A DNA stretch of 64,000 nucleotides from Saccostrea cucullata (Eukaryota): positions 62,001 to 126,000 of the forward strand of contig NW_026921153.1 in NCBI RefSeq assembly GCF_032062105.1, given 5' to 3'. Shown piece by piece: positions 25,101-38,964 of the stretch (positions are counted from its first letter, which is position 1; every line of letters starts with the position of its first letter). The notes under the pieces are model-generated. The model did no database searches, was not told the DNA's origin, and was given only the letters and a program-made list of their open reading frames with translations. Both the position numbers and the translations under genes were made by a program.

Positions 25101-27720
25101 GAAATAGATGAAGACTACCTTTCCCCTGTTTTTATTAAATATGAAATAAGGACATGACATTCTTATCTCTTTTACTTTAAATAGATAATAAACAATACCT
25201 GAATAGAATATAAAGATGGGAAATTCCATTTCAACTCAAAATAAACAATACCTAAATAGAATAAGGTGATAGGAAAATCCTTATGAATGGTTGAAAAGTT
25301 TAAGATAAACGTCGGGAATGTAGGAGGACTCTAGATTGACTTAAAATAGATGAACTATTTTAGGATACAAATGTATTCAAAAGCATAGACGTATGATAAA
25401 GAAAGTGGCATTTCAAATTTTAACTCAAAGTCTATATAATAGATTGATATATTTAGCATTAATTTAATGGGTATTGTTTTAAAAAAAAAAGCAAATCCAG
25501 GTATTTTAAAACAGTCAACCATAAAATCAAAAAGATAAAAACAAAACGAAAACGAAATAACCACCCTTGAAATGAAAAATATGTTTCAAAACTTTCATTT
25601 TGAATAAAAAAAAATTTAAGTTCTAAAAGTACATTAGTAAATTTTTAGTTCTAAAGTACATTGATAAATTTTTAAGTTCTTAAAGTACATTAATAAAAAT
25701 ATATTTTTTAATATTCCGTGAGATTTTATTTTTTCACTTCTTTTTATTATTTAATTTTTGTATGTACAGTTGATATTTCATTTCTTTCATGTGTTTATTA
25801 TAACTTTTTTTCTCGAAAAGAATATAATGAAGAGAGAGACCTCAAACGTCATAATTGTAATATATTTTAATATGATTAACAATGATGTTATCAAATGACA
25901 AGACATTCAAAAGATGGAGATATACACAAAAATGGCAAAGCTGTTCAATGTACTTAAGGTTTCAATGGTTTATAATTGATGAATTATCCAGATAATAAAT
26001 TTTATTTATTCCGTCCTTCGGGACTGATTTCCATCTGGTGTGTTTGTAACAACAAAAGGCTATTTTTATGGTCAAAACAACATTAATACATAAGAGACTG
26101 CTTACAACTGATTGAATTCAGCTAATAATAGAATAGTACCATTTGCTCATTGTTTAGTTCTGATAATATTTAGAAATTTGAAAAGGTCACAAGCAATTAA
26201 ATGATTTTTCCCTGGTACATTTTACAAAAACAATTTAATTTTGGAGGACATAAGACCTTTTAGAACTGGGATGTAAGGGCATAAGGACTAAATCTATAAT
26301 CATGATGAAATCAGTTTTTGAAAGAAAAAGAAATATTATAAATATTTTGAAGCGTAAATGATAAAATTTTCTCAACGACATGTTGTAGGCCATAGCCCTA
26401 TCTCATTATAATTACGAAAATTAATATGCTCAAAAATAACCATTTCCCATCAATTTCGGATTTTTTTTAAGTAATCCATATATATCTGTCTACATAAACA
26501 GCAATTTAGGAAATAAAAGCCAGTGATCATTAAATAAAGTACTCACGTGGGAGTGAGGTCATTTTAATGTCTACGTATAGACTGCATACACCTCACCAGA
26601 GACAAGTGTCTTCTGTTATACCCAAACCTTAGAATTTATATATTTAGTGTCGAGCGGCAAGGTTTATCAATATATCAAATGACTGAAGGCACAGGTAATT
26701 TATGACAGGTTTCGTATAGAAATTATACATATGTTAAATTATGTTTTTTTAATGGAAAAAATAAAAAAACAAAAAACAAAAAAAAAACAACAAACAATCA
26801 ACCAAATAAAAAAACATAAATATATGCATCAGGGTACTCGGGAGGTTATAATTAACTTACGAAAAACAACTCTTACACATCAATAACGATTTTTACAGGA
26901 TTATCTTTCCTAGTATTAGAGCAAACCTGAATTTTTGAACTGAACATTTGAAAGATTTTGTTTATCCCAAAATTGTAAAAGATTGCAAGTATTTTTTTTT
27001 TCTTTTTCTTTCTTTTCTTTTTTTTGTACAAATGAATGTAATTTTAAATTTAAAAAAAATGAAAGTTATTCCATATATGTACATGCTCTTGATTCCGCCA
27101 ATCCACGTGCTCTAAGCCCAGCGACTGTTTCTACATTTGTCCCGCCCCACACGTGATCTTTCTTAACCGCGCCTATCGATGAACCAGTACATTCATGAAG
27201 ATACTGGCCAAAATAATCTCTGTATCTTGTTTAATTTTACATATATTTTTACTTTTTTTAATTGCGCGCTGCATGCTTTTTCTACGAAGACTACTTTAAA
27301 CTTGAAATTTGCCATATTAACATGTGATATCAACTTACTGAATATGTATATTTCATTTTGTATCGCATCACTGAAATAAAACAGTACATCAGTATATTTT
27401 ACTGAATTTTAGAAACAAATATATGCTTTCGTAAATGAATCTCACAAGTCTGGAATGGAAAAATAAGTAATCTTTAATTAATTTCCGTTTAACCCACAAT
27501 AGGATTATATATTTACATCCACTGAATATTTTCTCCTTTATTTCTTAAGAAACCCCATTGCGTTCATCACTGCATAAACTACAGTCAGCAGGTCGCCTGG
27601 TACAGATTTCTTAATCAGTGGCTGTTCCATCAATGAAACGTATAAAGACGTTCGCATCATTAATACAATAATTAATCTTTTTAATCCTACTTTAATTGAT
27701 TATTTAAACAGATATAAATA

Positions 27721-27828
27721 TAAACGATAAAATGCTTTAATTCTTTGTTTGTTGTTACTGGAATGAACGGTCGCAGCTGCTTCCGTTCATTCCAGTAACA
27801 ACAAACAAAGAAAGCATTTTATTGTTTA
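27721..27828. repeat. Palindrome (~108 bp)
   Basis: Arms TCTTTGTTTGTTGTTACTGGAATGAACGG and CCGTTCATTCCAGTAACAACAAACAAAGA, extended by AAAATGCTTT / AAAGCATTTT. Confidence 0.85.
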
Positions 27829-27844
27829 AATAAACTGCAGTCAT

Positions 27845-28440
27845 CAAGATCTGAAGGTATAAATAGATGTAAATGCAGAGTCTGACGCTTCTGTTTCATA
27901 TTTAGATATTTTACTTGAAAAAAATCTTTATGGCAATCTAACAACCAAGCTTTGATTCACGTGATGACTTTAACCTTTCTTTCGTCAACTTCCCTTACGT
28001 ATACAGCAATAAACCTTCTTCACTGCATACAGGGTTTATATCATATATCTTAGTTGATTCGTTTCACAAGAGCATGCTCTACGTATGAATAATATCTAAA
28101 AGAGGTAAAATATTGACAAACAAGTTGATGAAAGAGGATATCAGCAGTATTGTTCTAAATCATCATTTTGTTATTTCTATGATCGATAAGGTGACCTTGT
28201 CAGCATATCCAATTTATCATTAATTCAAATGCTGATTGATGTTTTCATACCATTTTAGGCCATTTACACACTGAACAGCCGACAAGGTTATTCCGTTTAT
28301 CCCAAACATGGCAAGGGGCACACATCGGGTGAGACCAATCGGCAGGGTGATTCTAACTCCTTCTTGGCACCTGATCCCACCTCTGATGACTTCTGATCCG
28401 TGTTTGCTCTGCTTCTGTTTGTTTAATTGACGTTTGATCT
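27845..28440 (+). mobile_element. 5'-truncated Naiad-type PLE copy (RT C-terminus plus 3' module)
   Basis: Colinear with 6985-7500 (ESDASVSYLDILLEK; GGCACCTGATCCCACCTCTGATG). Confidence 0.85.
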
Positions 28441-28677
28441 TAAAACTTTTTGTTCTCTTTCTATGTTTCAGGCTTCAATACGATGCATTTTACCTTCATA
28501 TTCTGTGGAATGACGTTGCTCAAAACTATGAAAACCTGTTTTTGTGCCTTACCGATTATTTTTTTAATCCTTTAACCTTTTTTGATTGCATTGACTTCTT
28601 ATTTTTTAACTTTTCATTTTTGTGCCCAAAATTTATTTATAAAATCCACAAATGTATTCAGAAAAATACAAGTAAAA

Positions 28678-30599
28678 TCAAAAATAAATCCATAATATAG
28701 AATTGTAAGAAGACAATTCAAAAACTGTAGGTGCAATTGAGAATATTGTCTTTTGAAGAACATTCTTAGTCAATGACTCTAATATATCATAACAGCTTCT
28801 TTCAATAATGTTAATGACAGTATGAACTATGATATTGCCACCTTCTTCAAAGCAAGCAACAGCGATTGCAGATTTAATCTTAACTAATTTATCAGTGCTT
28901 GGTGGTAGAAGAGATGTTTCGTTTGCTTTGCATTTATTTACAATGTACAATAGCTTTTCAATTTGATCTTTTTGTTGCCTTTGCGTTTCAAAATTGTTTT
29001 CAAACACTGCTATTCTCCGTTCAACAGCTGTATATATATTGTATAACTCTTCTATAGCTTTCCAATTGAATACACCTTCTGCATTGTAGTTCTTGCCTTT
29101 CGTAATTATGATAAAACTTCTTTTATGAAAATGTCTTAAATGTTTCAAAAAAAGTCCGATACTTGAAATCACTTCCACTTGCATTCTTTGCGCAGGAATA
29201 ACAAAACCTATGATGTCATTTCCTGCAAGTGCTCGATGGATTTTCTTGGTCACCGGTTTTCTTAATGCTGGCGTGTCCACTAATGTAATGTTGAGATCCT
29301 TCACATGATACTCGGTAATGTCTTTTGTCGTAGATTCAGAACTGAGGCCTGATGTTGATGGAGCCACCTTCTCTCCTAATATGGTGTTAATTGTTGCACT
29401 TTTTCCAGCTCCTCGAGGTCCAATTAAAAACACCTTCAGGGGAAGTGAATCTAAAATGAGATTTTCTGGTTAATTCAAATGCTATAATGCTTTATTTTGA
29501 AGGGCTTTACCCAGGGATTCCGAAAAAATAATAATTTAAGACCTATTTAGCATTTGGCATTTTGAAGCATTCATTTGAAAAAAAGGTAATGTTCCTTTTG
29601 GTTAATTTCATCAGATTAAGTTGTGCCCAGAAAAAACTGGCCACCGAATGTGTACTTTTTTAGGCAATTTGAGCAGAGTTTTAGACGGAGGGAAAGATTA
29701 TATGATCTTCGTCGAATAAATTAAAGAAGGCATCGATATGTATATGTATCTCATTATTTTCAAAAAAAAGTAGTTAATTGTCTTTGATAAGGATAAATAT
29801 AAGATTTGTTACCGACTGAGGACAAACTACACAAAACCTTATAATGATGAAGGGGCGCCACAACTGTACCGTTATTTAGTGGTCTTTTATTTACTTTCAT
29901 ACATGTACGTCATTGAATCCAATGAATGTCTCCTACCTTCCGGTTCATGAATGTTAGAAAAAAAGGTATTTTCTGATCATGAATTATAGAAGTTTGCAAG
30001 GTGGAGAAATTATTTAGTTAAAAAATAAAACACAAAAGAAAAAAAAAAAACATTTCCCGAAATTTTGTCAATCATTTTCAACACAAAAAATGATAAATCA
30101 AAACTAAGCTATGTAGCTTAACTGTTCTATAATAGTAACTTGATCATTTCGATTTGACAGGCGCGGGTCATCAGATCAAAAAATACCACGAATCCAATAA
30201 ACAAAGCATTTTTACGACATGTTTCTGTGTACTACTTCATTAGAGTATGGTGGATTGAATTCAGAAAACCTCAATGTAATGAACAGAAAAGTCTGATCAC
30301 CCCGTAAAGTGATCATGCTAAATCAAAAGTAAAATTTAGTGCTTAACGGTTTGGTTTTTCATAATTTTTTGAGCAAAAAAACCCCCAGGCAGTTTTGTTC
30401 CCTAAAATGCTTCTGTCTGATAACTGTACTTAAAATGTACCAGTTACATATTGATGTATTAGTACACCTCCTCTGTCCACCAAGGGTAGATCGAAACCTT
30501 AGTCCGATATTACACATAAAGGATTTTTATCTGTCATCTCGACACTCTCTATATGGTTAACAGAAACTTACCCGAAACATGTGAACTCCCGCTATCCAT
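28678..30599 (-). CDS. AIG1/GIMAP-family GTPase-like protein, type A copy 1 (exons 30599-30572 and 29450-28678; ~266 aa)
   Basis: G1 GPRGAGKS, G2 SESTT, G3 variant DTPA, conserved box GFVIPAQR, G4 variant TKGK. A 28-nt first coding exon (MDSGSSHVS) with a GTAAGT donor splices in phase to the CATTTTAG acceptor; the paralog has the same structure. Confidence 0.85.
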
Positions 30600-31302
30600 T
30601 TCTCTAAATGTGTTAGCACTGGTTGTAGATGATATCATTGTCTTTCATCACTAATGATTTGCGCAAAATGTAGGGAAATTGTTTTAATAGGGTTTTCCTG
30701 TGTACATTGAAATACTTGATAAATAATATATGTAGATAACGAAGTGTGTAATCAAGCCTAACGTCCGTGCATGATTTAACGATAGAAATCGTGAGGAGAT
30801 CAAACACAGACCTCCATAACATCAGAGGCGGATCAGCTGCAGCGGATCGAAAAGACATTTTTTTAAGATTCAAAACTGATTTTTAACAGAATCGAAAATC
30901 TTTTTGAAGCCCGTTTCTTTTCTGTAGGCAATGGCCGAGTGTAGGGGTGAGATTGGCATGATTGGAAATAAGGTTTCTTAGTACTACCATCTATTCATAT
31001 TGTACCTTAATTGAACAGCGCTTAACATTGCGTAATTTTATTAATTAGTAATTTTTGACTTAACATTTACTACAATATCTTTGGGTTAATTTATGCAGAA
31101 TTATTTGAAGATACTTTTTTGAGATAAAAGAAAAAGTTGTACATTTATCATAAGTCTTGCTCAATGAAAAGTTAAAGTCATCACATTTATTATAAAGTTT
31201 GGTTGTTCAATTACCATTAACGTTTTTTTCTAAGTAAAAAAAAAATATCCAAATATGAAACTAATGTGTCAGACTCTGTGATGCTTTTCCTTCTAGTTCA
31301 CT

Positions 31303-31462
31303 TAAGGAATGAAGCTTATTTCAACTTATGTTATCCGATATAACATAACTTGGGGCAGTTTACGCTTTATAAACCGCGAAGCGGTTTACATACAAAAAAG
31401 CGTAAACTGCCCCTAGTTTTGTTATATCGGATAACATAAGTTGAAATTAGCTTCATTCCTTA
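31303..31462. repeat. Near-perfect 160-bp palindrome with CCGCGAAGCGG apex
   Basis: TAAGGAATGAAGC...GGGCAGTTTACGCTTT...CCGCGAAGCGG...AAAGCGTAAACTGCCC...GCTTCATTCCTTA. Confidence 0.92.
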
Positions 31463-31672
31463 TAATTTAATTCCAGTGTAGACAATGAGACAATATTTCC
31501 TCCGGAAAATGACTTCAAATTGAGCATTATTTTAAAAGTAACGTCAAGCGGAGTAATACATTTTTGACGTAACCCATTGTGACGTAGGCAAGTTATGTTA
31601 TCCAAAATATTATATGTTCCTCTGAATGATTCAGCCAATGAAATTGCTTGATACAAGTGAACTTAAATTATT

Positions 31673-31828
31673 TAAGGAATGACTCTAATTCTTGGCCATA
31701 TTATCGAGTATAATCTGGTTTGGGTCAGTTTACGCTTTATAATCCGCGAAGCGGATTATAAAAAAGCGTAAACTGACCCAAACCAGATTATACTCGATAA
31801 TATGGCCAAGAATTAGAGTCATTCCTTA
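31673..31828. repeat. Near-perfect 156-bp palindrome with the same apex and ends
   Basis: TAAGGAATGACTC...GGTCAGTTTACGCTTT...CCGCGAAGCGG...AAAGCGTAAACTGACC...GAGTCATTCCTTA. Confidence 0.92.
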
Positions 31829-34800
31829 TAATTTAATTTTGAAATAATTAAACAACTTTTGATGTAAAATTATGTTGCTTTTTATAAGTTCAAATTTACC
31901 GCGCAATAATACAACCGTAGTAACGGAAGTGATTTGAAGAGAGGGGAGGTAATAACTGATCTAGATCTAGCAGCCATGATGTTTGTTTACATGAGGTAAG
32001 AACGAGTAATTGTTTAAAGTTGAAGGTACATTGATTAAATCTGGAATTTTCCATGGATTCCGAGGACTGGAAATGACGGGATTGCATGGATATGATGATT
32101 AAGCTGGTCGTCAAGGGGGTGTGTCCCCATACCAAACCAGATTATACAAAATGTTATGCGTTCCTTTTTGGAAATCAACCAATGAGAGGCGAGAATACAA
32201 ATAAAATTAAATTATTAGGATATAACGTGTCAATATGTGAATGAAAAGAACTTTTGATAATTGATATACCTGAATTTCAAACTGAAGGCCACAGTAAGTG
32301 TTTTCTTTTCTCGTGTAGAAATTTACGAGGGGTGCTCAAACAGTTCGCGAACTATCTCTATATTTACAAAACCACGATTCAGATCAGAATGAAATTTGAC
32401 AGACATAGAGTCATACACATATAAATAGCATATGTAATGGAATATTTTGCTCCAAGTTTGTGACGTCACAATGTGAAAATGACGTCATAAGGTAGATCAC
32501 TTGTGACAAAAAATGGTTGACTCAGTCGTATTCGAGAAACGAACGGCTGTTAAGGTTAACATCATGACATTTTTCCCGATTCGATTTCAAGTACATCAGG
32601 AATCTATAAAAAGTCAAAAATAAGTATATTTCTCACTTGTGTCGTTGTGTAACATTTAAATTAAAATACTTAAATGTCAAGTGGTAAAGGACGGCATGCG
32701 ATTTCACTACAAATATCTAATTTAAAAAAGGAAACCTCTTCATAAACTGGCTAAATCTCCATAGCAAATTGAAATTAAAACCAACATTTACAATGTTTTA
32801 CACACATTTCAGAAAGTTTATGATAAAGATTCTTATGATATTTCTGAATTTTAGAATCCTGAACAAAATATCGATCAAGGTGAAGCTTTGCCATTTCTTT
32901 CCTTAAGTGTTTCTTGCAAGAACATGGGGAAATCTATCTTTGATTGATAACTTTATTATTTATTTGTCACGTTCATCTATCATAATGTTCCACTCATTTC
33001 TCGAGAAGTTTTGTCCTTAAACCTCGAAATTTTTTAATAAAAATCTCAGTTTTCGGAGTCTTTTGTTTCGTTGACAGATATTTAATTTGCTGGGTTTATT
33101 TCTATTTATAACGTGATGGTTTATAGATTACATTAGAGTTTCTCGACTTGATCCATTACTACGAAAGGTAAATAAAAAAAAACCCCATATATTTTGATTC
33201 CCTGTTTACACACCTTCATTTATGGTTTTGCTTTTGGTGTACATATACATATGAGGGGGTAATTGTTGTGATTATAAACACTATGATAAATTCAGAGATC
33301 TTGGTGTTTTTGTTATAATAATGATTAACACAACTTGACACAGACCATTTTCACTAATGCTTTGACCTAATACTCTTGTGTTACATCATACTCTTGTACA
33401 TGTATATATAGCAACGGCTTTTAATGTGTGTGTGTGTGGGGGGGGGGAGGTCCGACAAAAAATCTGCGTGCTAAAGAGCTGTGATACATGTGTACCATCA
33501 GATCTATGTTTCCCCCTGATAGATTTCTTCCGCATAAATCCACAACAGGTGTCACATCCTAGCCATTATGTGTTACATGTATCAAAGTAGCCAAATTTTT
33601 GAAACTGACAAAACTAAAGGCCGCTAATCGGAGATAAAATTTAACAATATTGCATTGAGACTACAATCAGTCATAAGTAGGCAGATCATTGTGGAAAATT
33701 TGAACAAACATACATAAGTATTCATTACACCCTATTAAAATTTCTTAATTGAATTTCGTTTAGACAAACATGCATATAGTCCACGTATAGCAGTCCTTTT
33801 TTAAAGGACAGCAACTTGTTTGTTATATTTGTGTTGCTTTCTGATGAGTTACCACAACTTACGCCATTCAACTGTCATTTTTAATGCAAAACAGTTTGCA
33901 CTATAGTTTTGACGTCAAGTACGGTGTTATCCATGGTAGTTCATGAGAACATGAACAAAATTCAAATTTGTAAGAAATGGCAAAGACAAATAAATAGAAA
34001 ATTAAGTATTAGACAATTAACTAAGATTGACCAAAGTAATGCCATTATAATTAATACCAATTCTACGTAAATATCAAAATGACGTGGCCACGCGATGTCT
34101 TCGATTCAGCTAATTTTTTTATTACTGAAACTTCAATGAATGAAAAGATTGACTATATGAAAGAAAGCATGGTAGTTTATCCGGTTGCCATGGAAACGGG
34201 ACTAGAAGGTGTAAATTATAGTGGATTTTGCTATTTATCAATAATATCAAAAAAATATTTACTAGACAAAGCTGTTTATGTTCATATTTTTTTATATCCT
34301 TCATGACAATCAAAACTATGTAAAAAATAGCCAAGGTCACAAAAATTTTACAATTTCTAATTTTCTGATGCCCAAAAAGTGAATAATTAGTCCTCGTTAC
34401 CTCCCTTGTTAGACTTAATATTTAAAGACTTTGACAAGTGATGTGAAAATTCTAGTAGGGAGATTTAGATTCAAGAAATGTTATTTTGCAAATATCATTT
34501 AAAACATTTATGGGTAAATGAAAAATAAACGTTTTATTACACTATAAAGTTGGTCTAAATGTGCTTTTTCTCTATCCGAGTTATTTCCCTTGTTGGAGCT
34601 CTTCGGCATTGAAGAATACAAAATGTGTAAATTGTAAACAAGATGGCAGACAATGAAATCTGCAGTTTTTCTTCTTGTTTTGAAACATCTTGTTCAGGAA
34701 AATTCTACCTCAAGAGACTCAGAATTTGATGAAAAACAGTTGACAAAGTTGGGATAATCTTTAAGAAAAGCCATAGAGTTGATCTGGACATGATGAGTAT

Positions 34801-35034
34801 TACACGTATAGCTACTCGTAGAAAAGAAAATATGAGGAAATCAGGGTGGAATGGGGGCGAAGGCCGAGAGGATTTTAGCTGTTCCCTTCAAGATGTCTTT
34901 GAAATAGAGATCGAGAGATACATGTAGTGGTGTGGTAGTCCCTGACCGATCCCGATTACAATGTGTAAGTATTTTTTTATTCATAATTCTATTCAGGTAT
35001 CACATGTACCTGTGTGCACCTGCATGGTAACTGA

Positions 35035-35138
35035 TAATCCGAGATTCCTCTGACTCTAACCCCCGCTTTTATATTGTGACTTGTGCGCACAAGTTACAAT
35101 ATAAAAGCAGGGGTTAGAGTCAGAGGAATCTCGGATTA
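35035..35138. mobile_element. Fold-back MITE with 9-bp target-site duplication
   Basis: 104-bp palindrome TAATCCGAGATTCCTCTGAC...GTCAGAGGAATCTCGGATTA flanked by direct GGTAACTGA (35026-35034 and 35139-35147). Confidence 0.9.
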
Positions 35139-38100
35139 GGTAACTGACTGTATAATGAAATATAAGACAATAAAAACAAACAAAACCATGAAAACTTGGA
35201 TGCACAGTTGAGTTGCACATATTACATGTACATGACATTGAATCAAATACTACTGTGCAATATATGTGCCCGTTTTGGGTACTGGTATTTTATTTTCTAT
35301 AAAATTCAGTATATTTGAAGAAAATTGTTTGTATGAATTTATTTTTCTAAATTATAATATGCTTGTGTCCAATCTATTTTTACAAACAGGATTTGTAGAA
35401 ATCATACCTCGGAAATATTAAACCTTTGACTTCTGACAATGATAACTGAATAGTGTGTTAGATTTTTTGAAATTTTAAGCAATATCAGGACTGTAGAATA
35501 TTTTAAAGAATTGATTAAAAAAAGTGTAAGTGTAAAATTATGAAAGTACATGCAGACACACAGATTTACAAATGCTAATTGTGTTCTAGATCTATGTACA
35601 TATACTTTGTCATACTATTGTGAAATCACTTTTGGGACCTTGATACAATGAATTTATTTGCTCTGCAAGGTGATGTATTGTAAAGTAGGAAAAGAAATCT
35701 ATCCAAGGGTGTTAGAATATGGCAACTCCATTTGTACTTTCCAAGATGCAGCTTTCTGTCTCATAATTTTATTTTACTGATCACAGTTTTTCAGCTATAT
35801 ATTGCAGGCATATCAATCTTGCACACATTTTAAATATGAATAGTTTTAGTTTGACAATATTGATCTTTACAGATGAGATCAGTCTGATGCTGTGTACTTA
35901 ACGTGTCAAGGACATACTGTACAAATTAAAAATAGTCGCATTAAAGAACAAAATAAATTATACCACATTACGTTAGTATCCATAAAACATGTATGTTTTT
36001 ATTACAATTAATTCATGATTATATAAATACATTTTATTTTCCACTTTAGAAATTAATTGTTGTCAAATTCATTTCTACTCTTAGTCTCTATATCTCTGGC
36101 AATTTGTCCAAACTGCAGAAAAGCTTTATAAGTAAATTGAAAAAAAAAAATGCTTGATGACAACATTAAATCCACTCCTTTATCAATCATTCCTCTTGAT
36201 TCAGAAAATTTTCAGGATAACATGTAAATATAAGGTACATGTAATATATATATGATGTTCAGGATTTTAACCCAAACTTTCAAATTAAAAAATAATTTTA
36301 AATTGATCATTGCAGCCCTTGCAAGATTTTCCTAATGAAGATTCTCAGGATTACAGATCCTCTAGCAAGGAGACCACACAGGTACATGTAGTGTGTATTA
36401 AGTTGCATGGATTCATGGTGACTTAAGACATATGATTGCCACAACAATGCATACAGGGAGATAATAATGTTTATAGGTTGAAAATGTATATGTTTTATAT
36501 ATAGCAAAATTTTAAGATTCCAGTTTTAAGTTTTTGAAACAATTTTTAAATGAATTTTTATCCACAGTGACCAAAAATTAATGTTATTTTTTTTTTTATT
36601 TTCATGTGAACAGATAGAGATGACCAGAGCAGAGGACATACAGCCCCCCCCCCCAAAAAAAAATTTCACAGTGGACTGGAAGTAAATCTTACATGAATAA
36701 TACAAAGTAGGAAAAATAACAGAAAGAAAAGAGGATCCAGTAAAAGTTGTCACTGGTGCAAGATGGACATAGAGAGGGTTTTCTAATGATCATTACTAAA
36801 ATCCACAGCAAATCAATACTGCAAGGCTGAGCTACTTTTCAAACTTACACAAAAGGACATAAAGAAATGTGAACTCGAGGAAACCAAGCTTACATCAAAT
36901 GAGAGAATATGAAGGAACACATTTTAGCAAAAATTTTTTTAAGCAGGGCATCTGTTTTCCTTAGAGAATATGTGTATTCTAAATTGATTAATTCTTGTAT
37001 TTTCAAAAAATGTCACTGTTTAAGTGAAGCATACATTCCAATTTATGTCTTGTTTATTTTTTTCTATAAAAGCAGTTTTATGCAAAGCAGTTTCTTCCCT
37101 TTTTATATCCCCTATCTGCAGGAGAGGTGGTATACTGATTTATTATATACCCCCACATGGGCTCACAAATTTAGAGTTTTATATTGGCAGGCTTCACACA
37201 GTATGTTATGTATGTTTAGAATATATATGAATACATTTTAACAAAACTGAGAACAAGATTAATTGTGAAACACTGATTCCCCCATACATTTCAGCTTATG
37301 TCAAGACTCCCACGAGGTATCCCAAGAAAGGTCTTGCCACAAGTAAAACACCTGTGAAATATGAAAATCTAGTCCAACTTCAAAAGTTGTGGTTAAGGTT
37401 AAAGTTTTTTTAAGTCGGTCAATGTCTAAGGTCAAGGTCAAATGGTTAAAAATATTTATACCCATTAAAAGAACATAGTATACATGTAACTGATCATCTG
37501 AATATGCTGATAAGCAATGTGGTAATAAAAATTAATTCCACAATATTTAGCATATAAGGTCATTTAAACAAATTTGGCTGCCTTCCCCCAACAGACTAAC
37601 TAAAATTCAAAACTTTTTTTACATTGCAAGACAGGATGTTTTTTTTTTATCCATCTCATCTCATCAACAAATATTATGAAATTTTCTGGGAAAAAGATTT
37701 TACAACCTACCTAACGAGGCAACTTAATAATTTTACCCTGAGCTGGGAGAGGGCAAACAAACATTATAATCAAGATGGTCTTGCCAACTTGTTTTGACAT
37801 AATATTGTCTGACCTACTTTCATATTTTCATAAAATACTTTCATATCATTTATTAAATATGAGTTTTCCTTTTTACTTTAATTATACATTTTAAAAAATT
37901 AACCATGAAACAATTGTTTTGAATTTGAACATATTTTAGTGAATAAATCAAAAGGATTGGACACAATTACAGGCCATTAAAAGATTTGTAAGAATTTTTG
38001 GAAACTCACTTGTTTTATTTCATATTTACATTAAAATAACTAGAAGCCTGATTTGTTTCCATGGCAACATTTTAATTTACCTGTCACTGAGTTAATTTCA

Positions 38101-38247
38101 GAAGTTCTATTTAATTATTGAAAAGAAATTTAAATACTTGACATATGTTCATACTACATAACAATTTGTTCAGTTTGGTAAAACATGTTGTTAGATGATC
38201 TTCTCTGTTATTTGTGATTAATGGAGGGGGGGGGGGGGGGGGGTCAT

Positions 38248-38964
38248 TCATGCAATAATTTCTAGAAAGCTGTACATTTACCCATTAATTTATTAATTTT
38301 TTTTTATTCTCACAAAACATTAGAATATAAAGTTTATTTAATGATACATGGTTACAAATATATCGGTTGTCAAAATGGTGAATAATTCCATTGAATATGA
38401 CTAAAAAAGTCAATTTTGGCAAATTGCCAATTTTCATGCAATAATTTCTAGAAAGTTTTTGATTTACCCATTAATTTTTTTTATTCTCATAAAACCTTAG
38501 AATATATAGTTTATTTAATGATACATGGTTACGAATATATCAGTTGTCAAAATGGTGAAAAATTTCATTGAATATGACTAAAAAAGTCAATTTTGGCAAA
38601 TTGCCAATTTTCATGCAATAATTTCTAGAAAGTTTTTGATTTACCCATTAATTTTTTTTATTCTCACAAAACCTTAGAATATATAGTTTATTTAATGATA
38701 CATGGTTACAAATATATCAGTTGTCAAAATGGTAAAAAATTTCATTGAATATGACTAAAAAAGTCAATTTTGGCAAATTGCCAATTTTCATGCAATAATT
38801 TCTAGAAAGTTTTTGATTTACCCATTAATTTTTTTTATTCTCACAAAACCTTAGAATATATAGTTTATTTATTGATACATGGTTACAAATATATCAGTTG
38901 TCAAAATAGTGAAAAATTTCATTGAATATGACTAAAAAAGACAAATTTGGCAAATTGCCAATTT
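38248..38964. repeat. 177-bp tandem repeat, 4 copies
   Basis: Units start TCATGCAATAATTTCTAGAAAG at 38248, 38434, 38611 and 38788; a poly-G tract precedes the array. Confidence 0.95.

Noticed and set aside
30613-30873. 86-aa ORF upstream of GIMAP A1 as a gene or conserved uORF
   Set aside because: The paralogous region upstream of A2 does not keep the reading frame, and there is no recognisable domain.
11412-32350. Mariner-like TIR ends (TACGAGGGGTG.TCAAA.AGTTCGCGAAC) at ~11412-11441 and ~32326-32352 as one large transposon
   Set aside because: They face away from each other, so they are ends of two separate remnants.
34642-34970. Possible first exon MADNEICSFSSCFETSC... of a transposon-borne gene
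   Set aside because: Interrupted by stops, with no identifiable domain or element termini.
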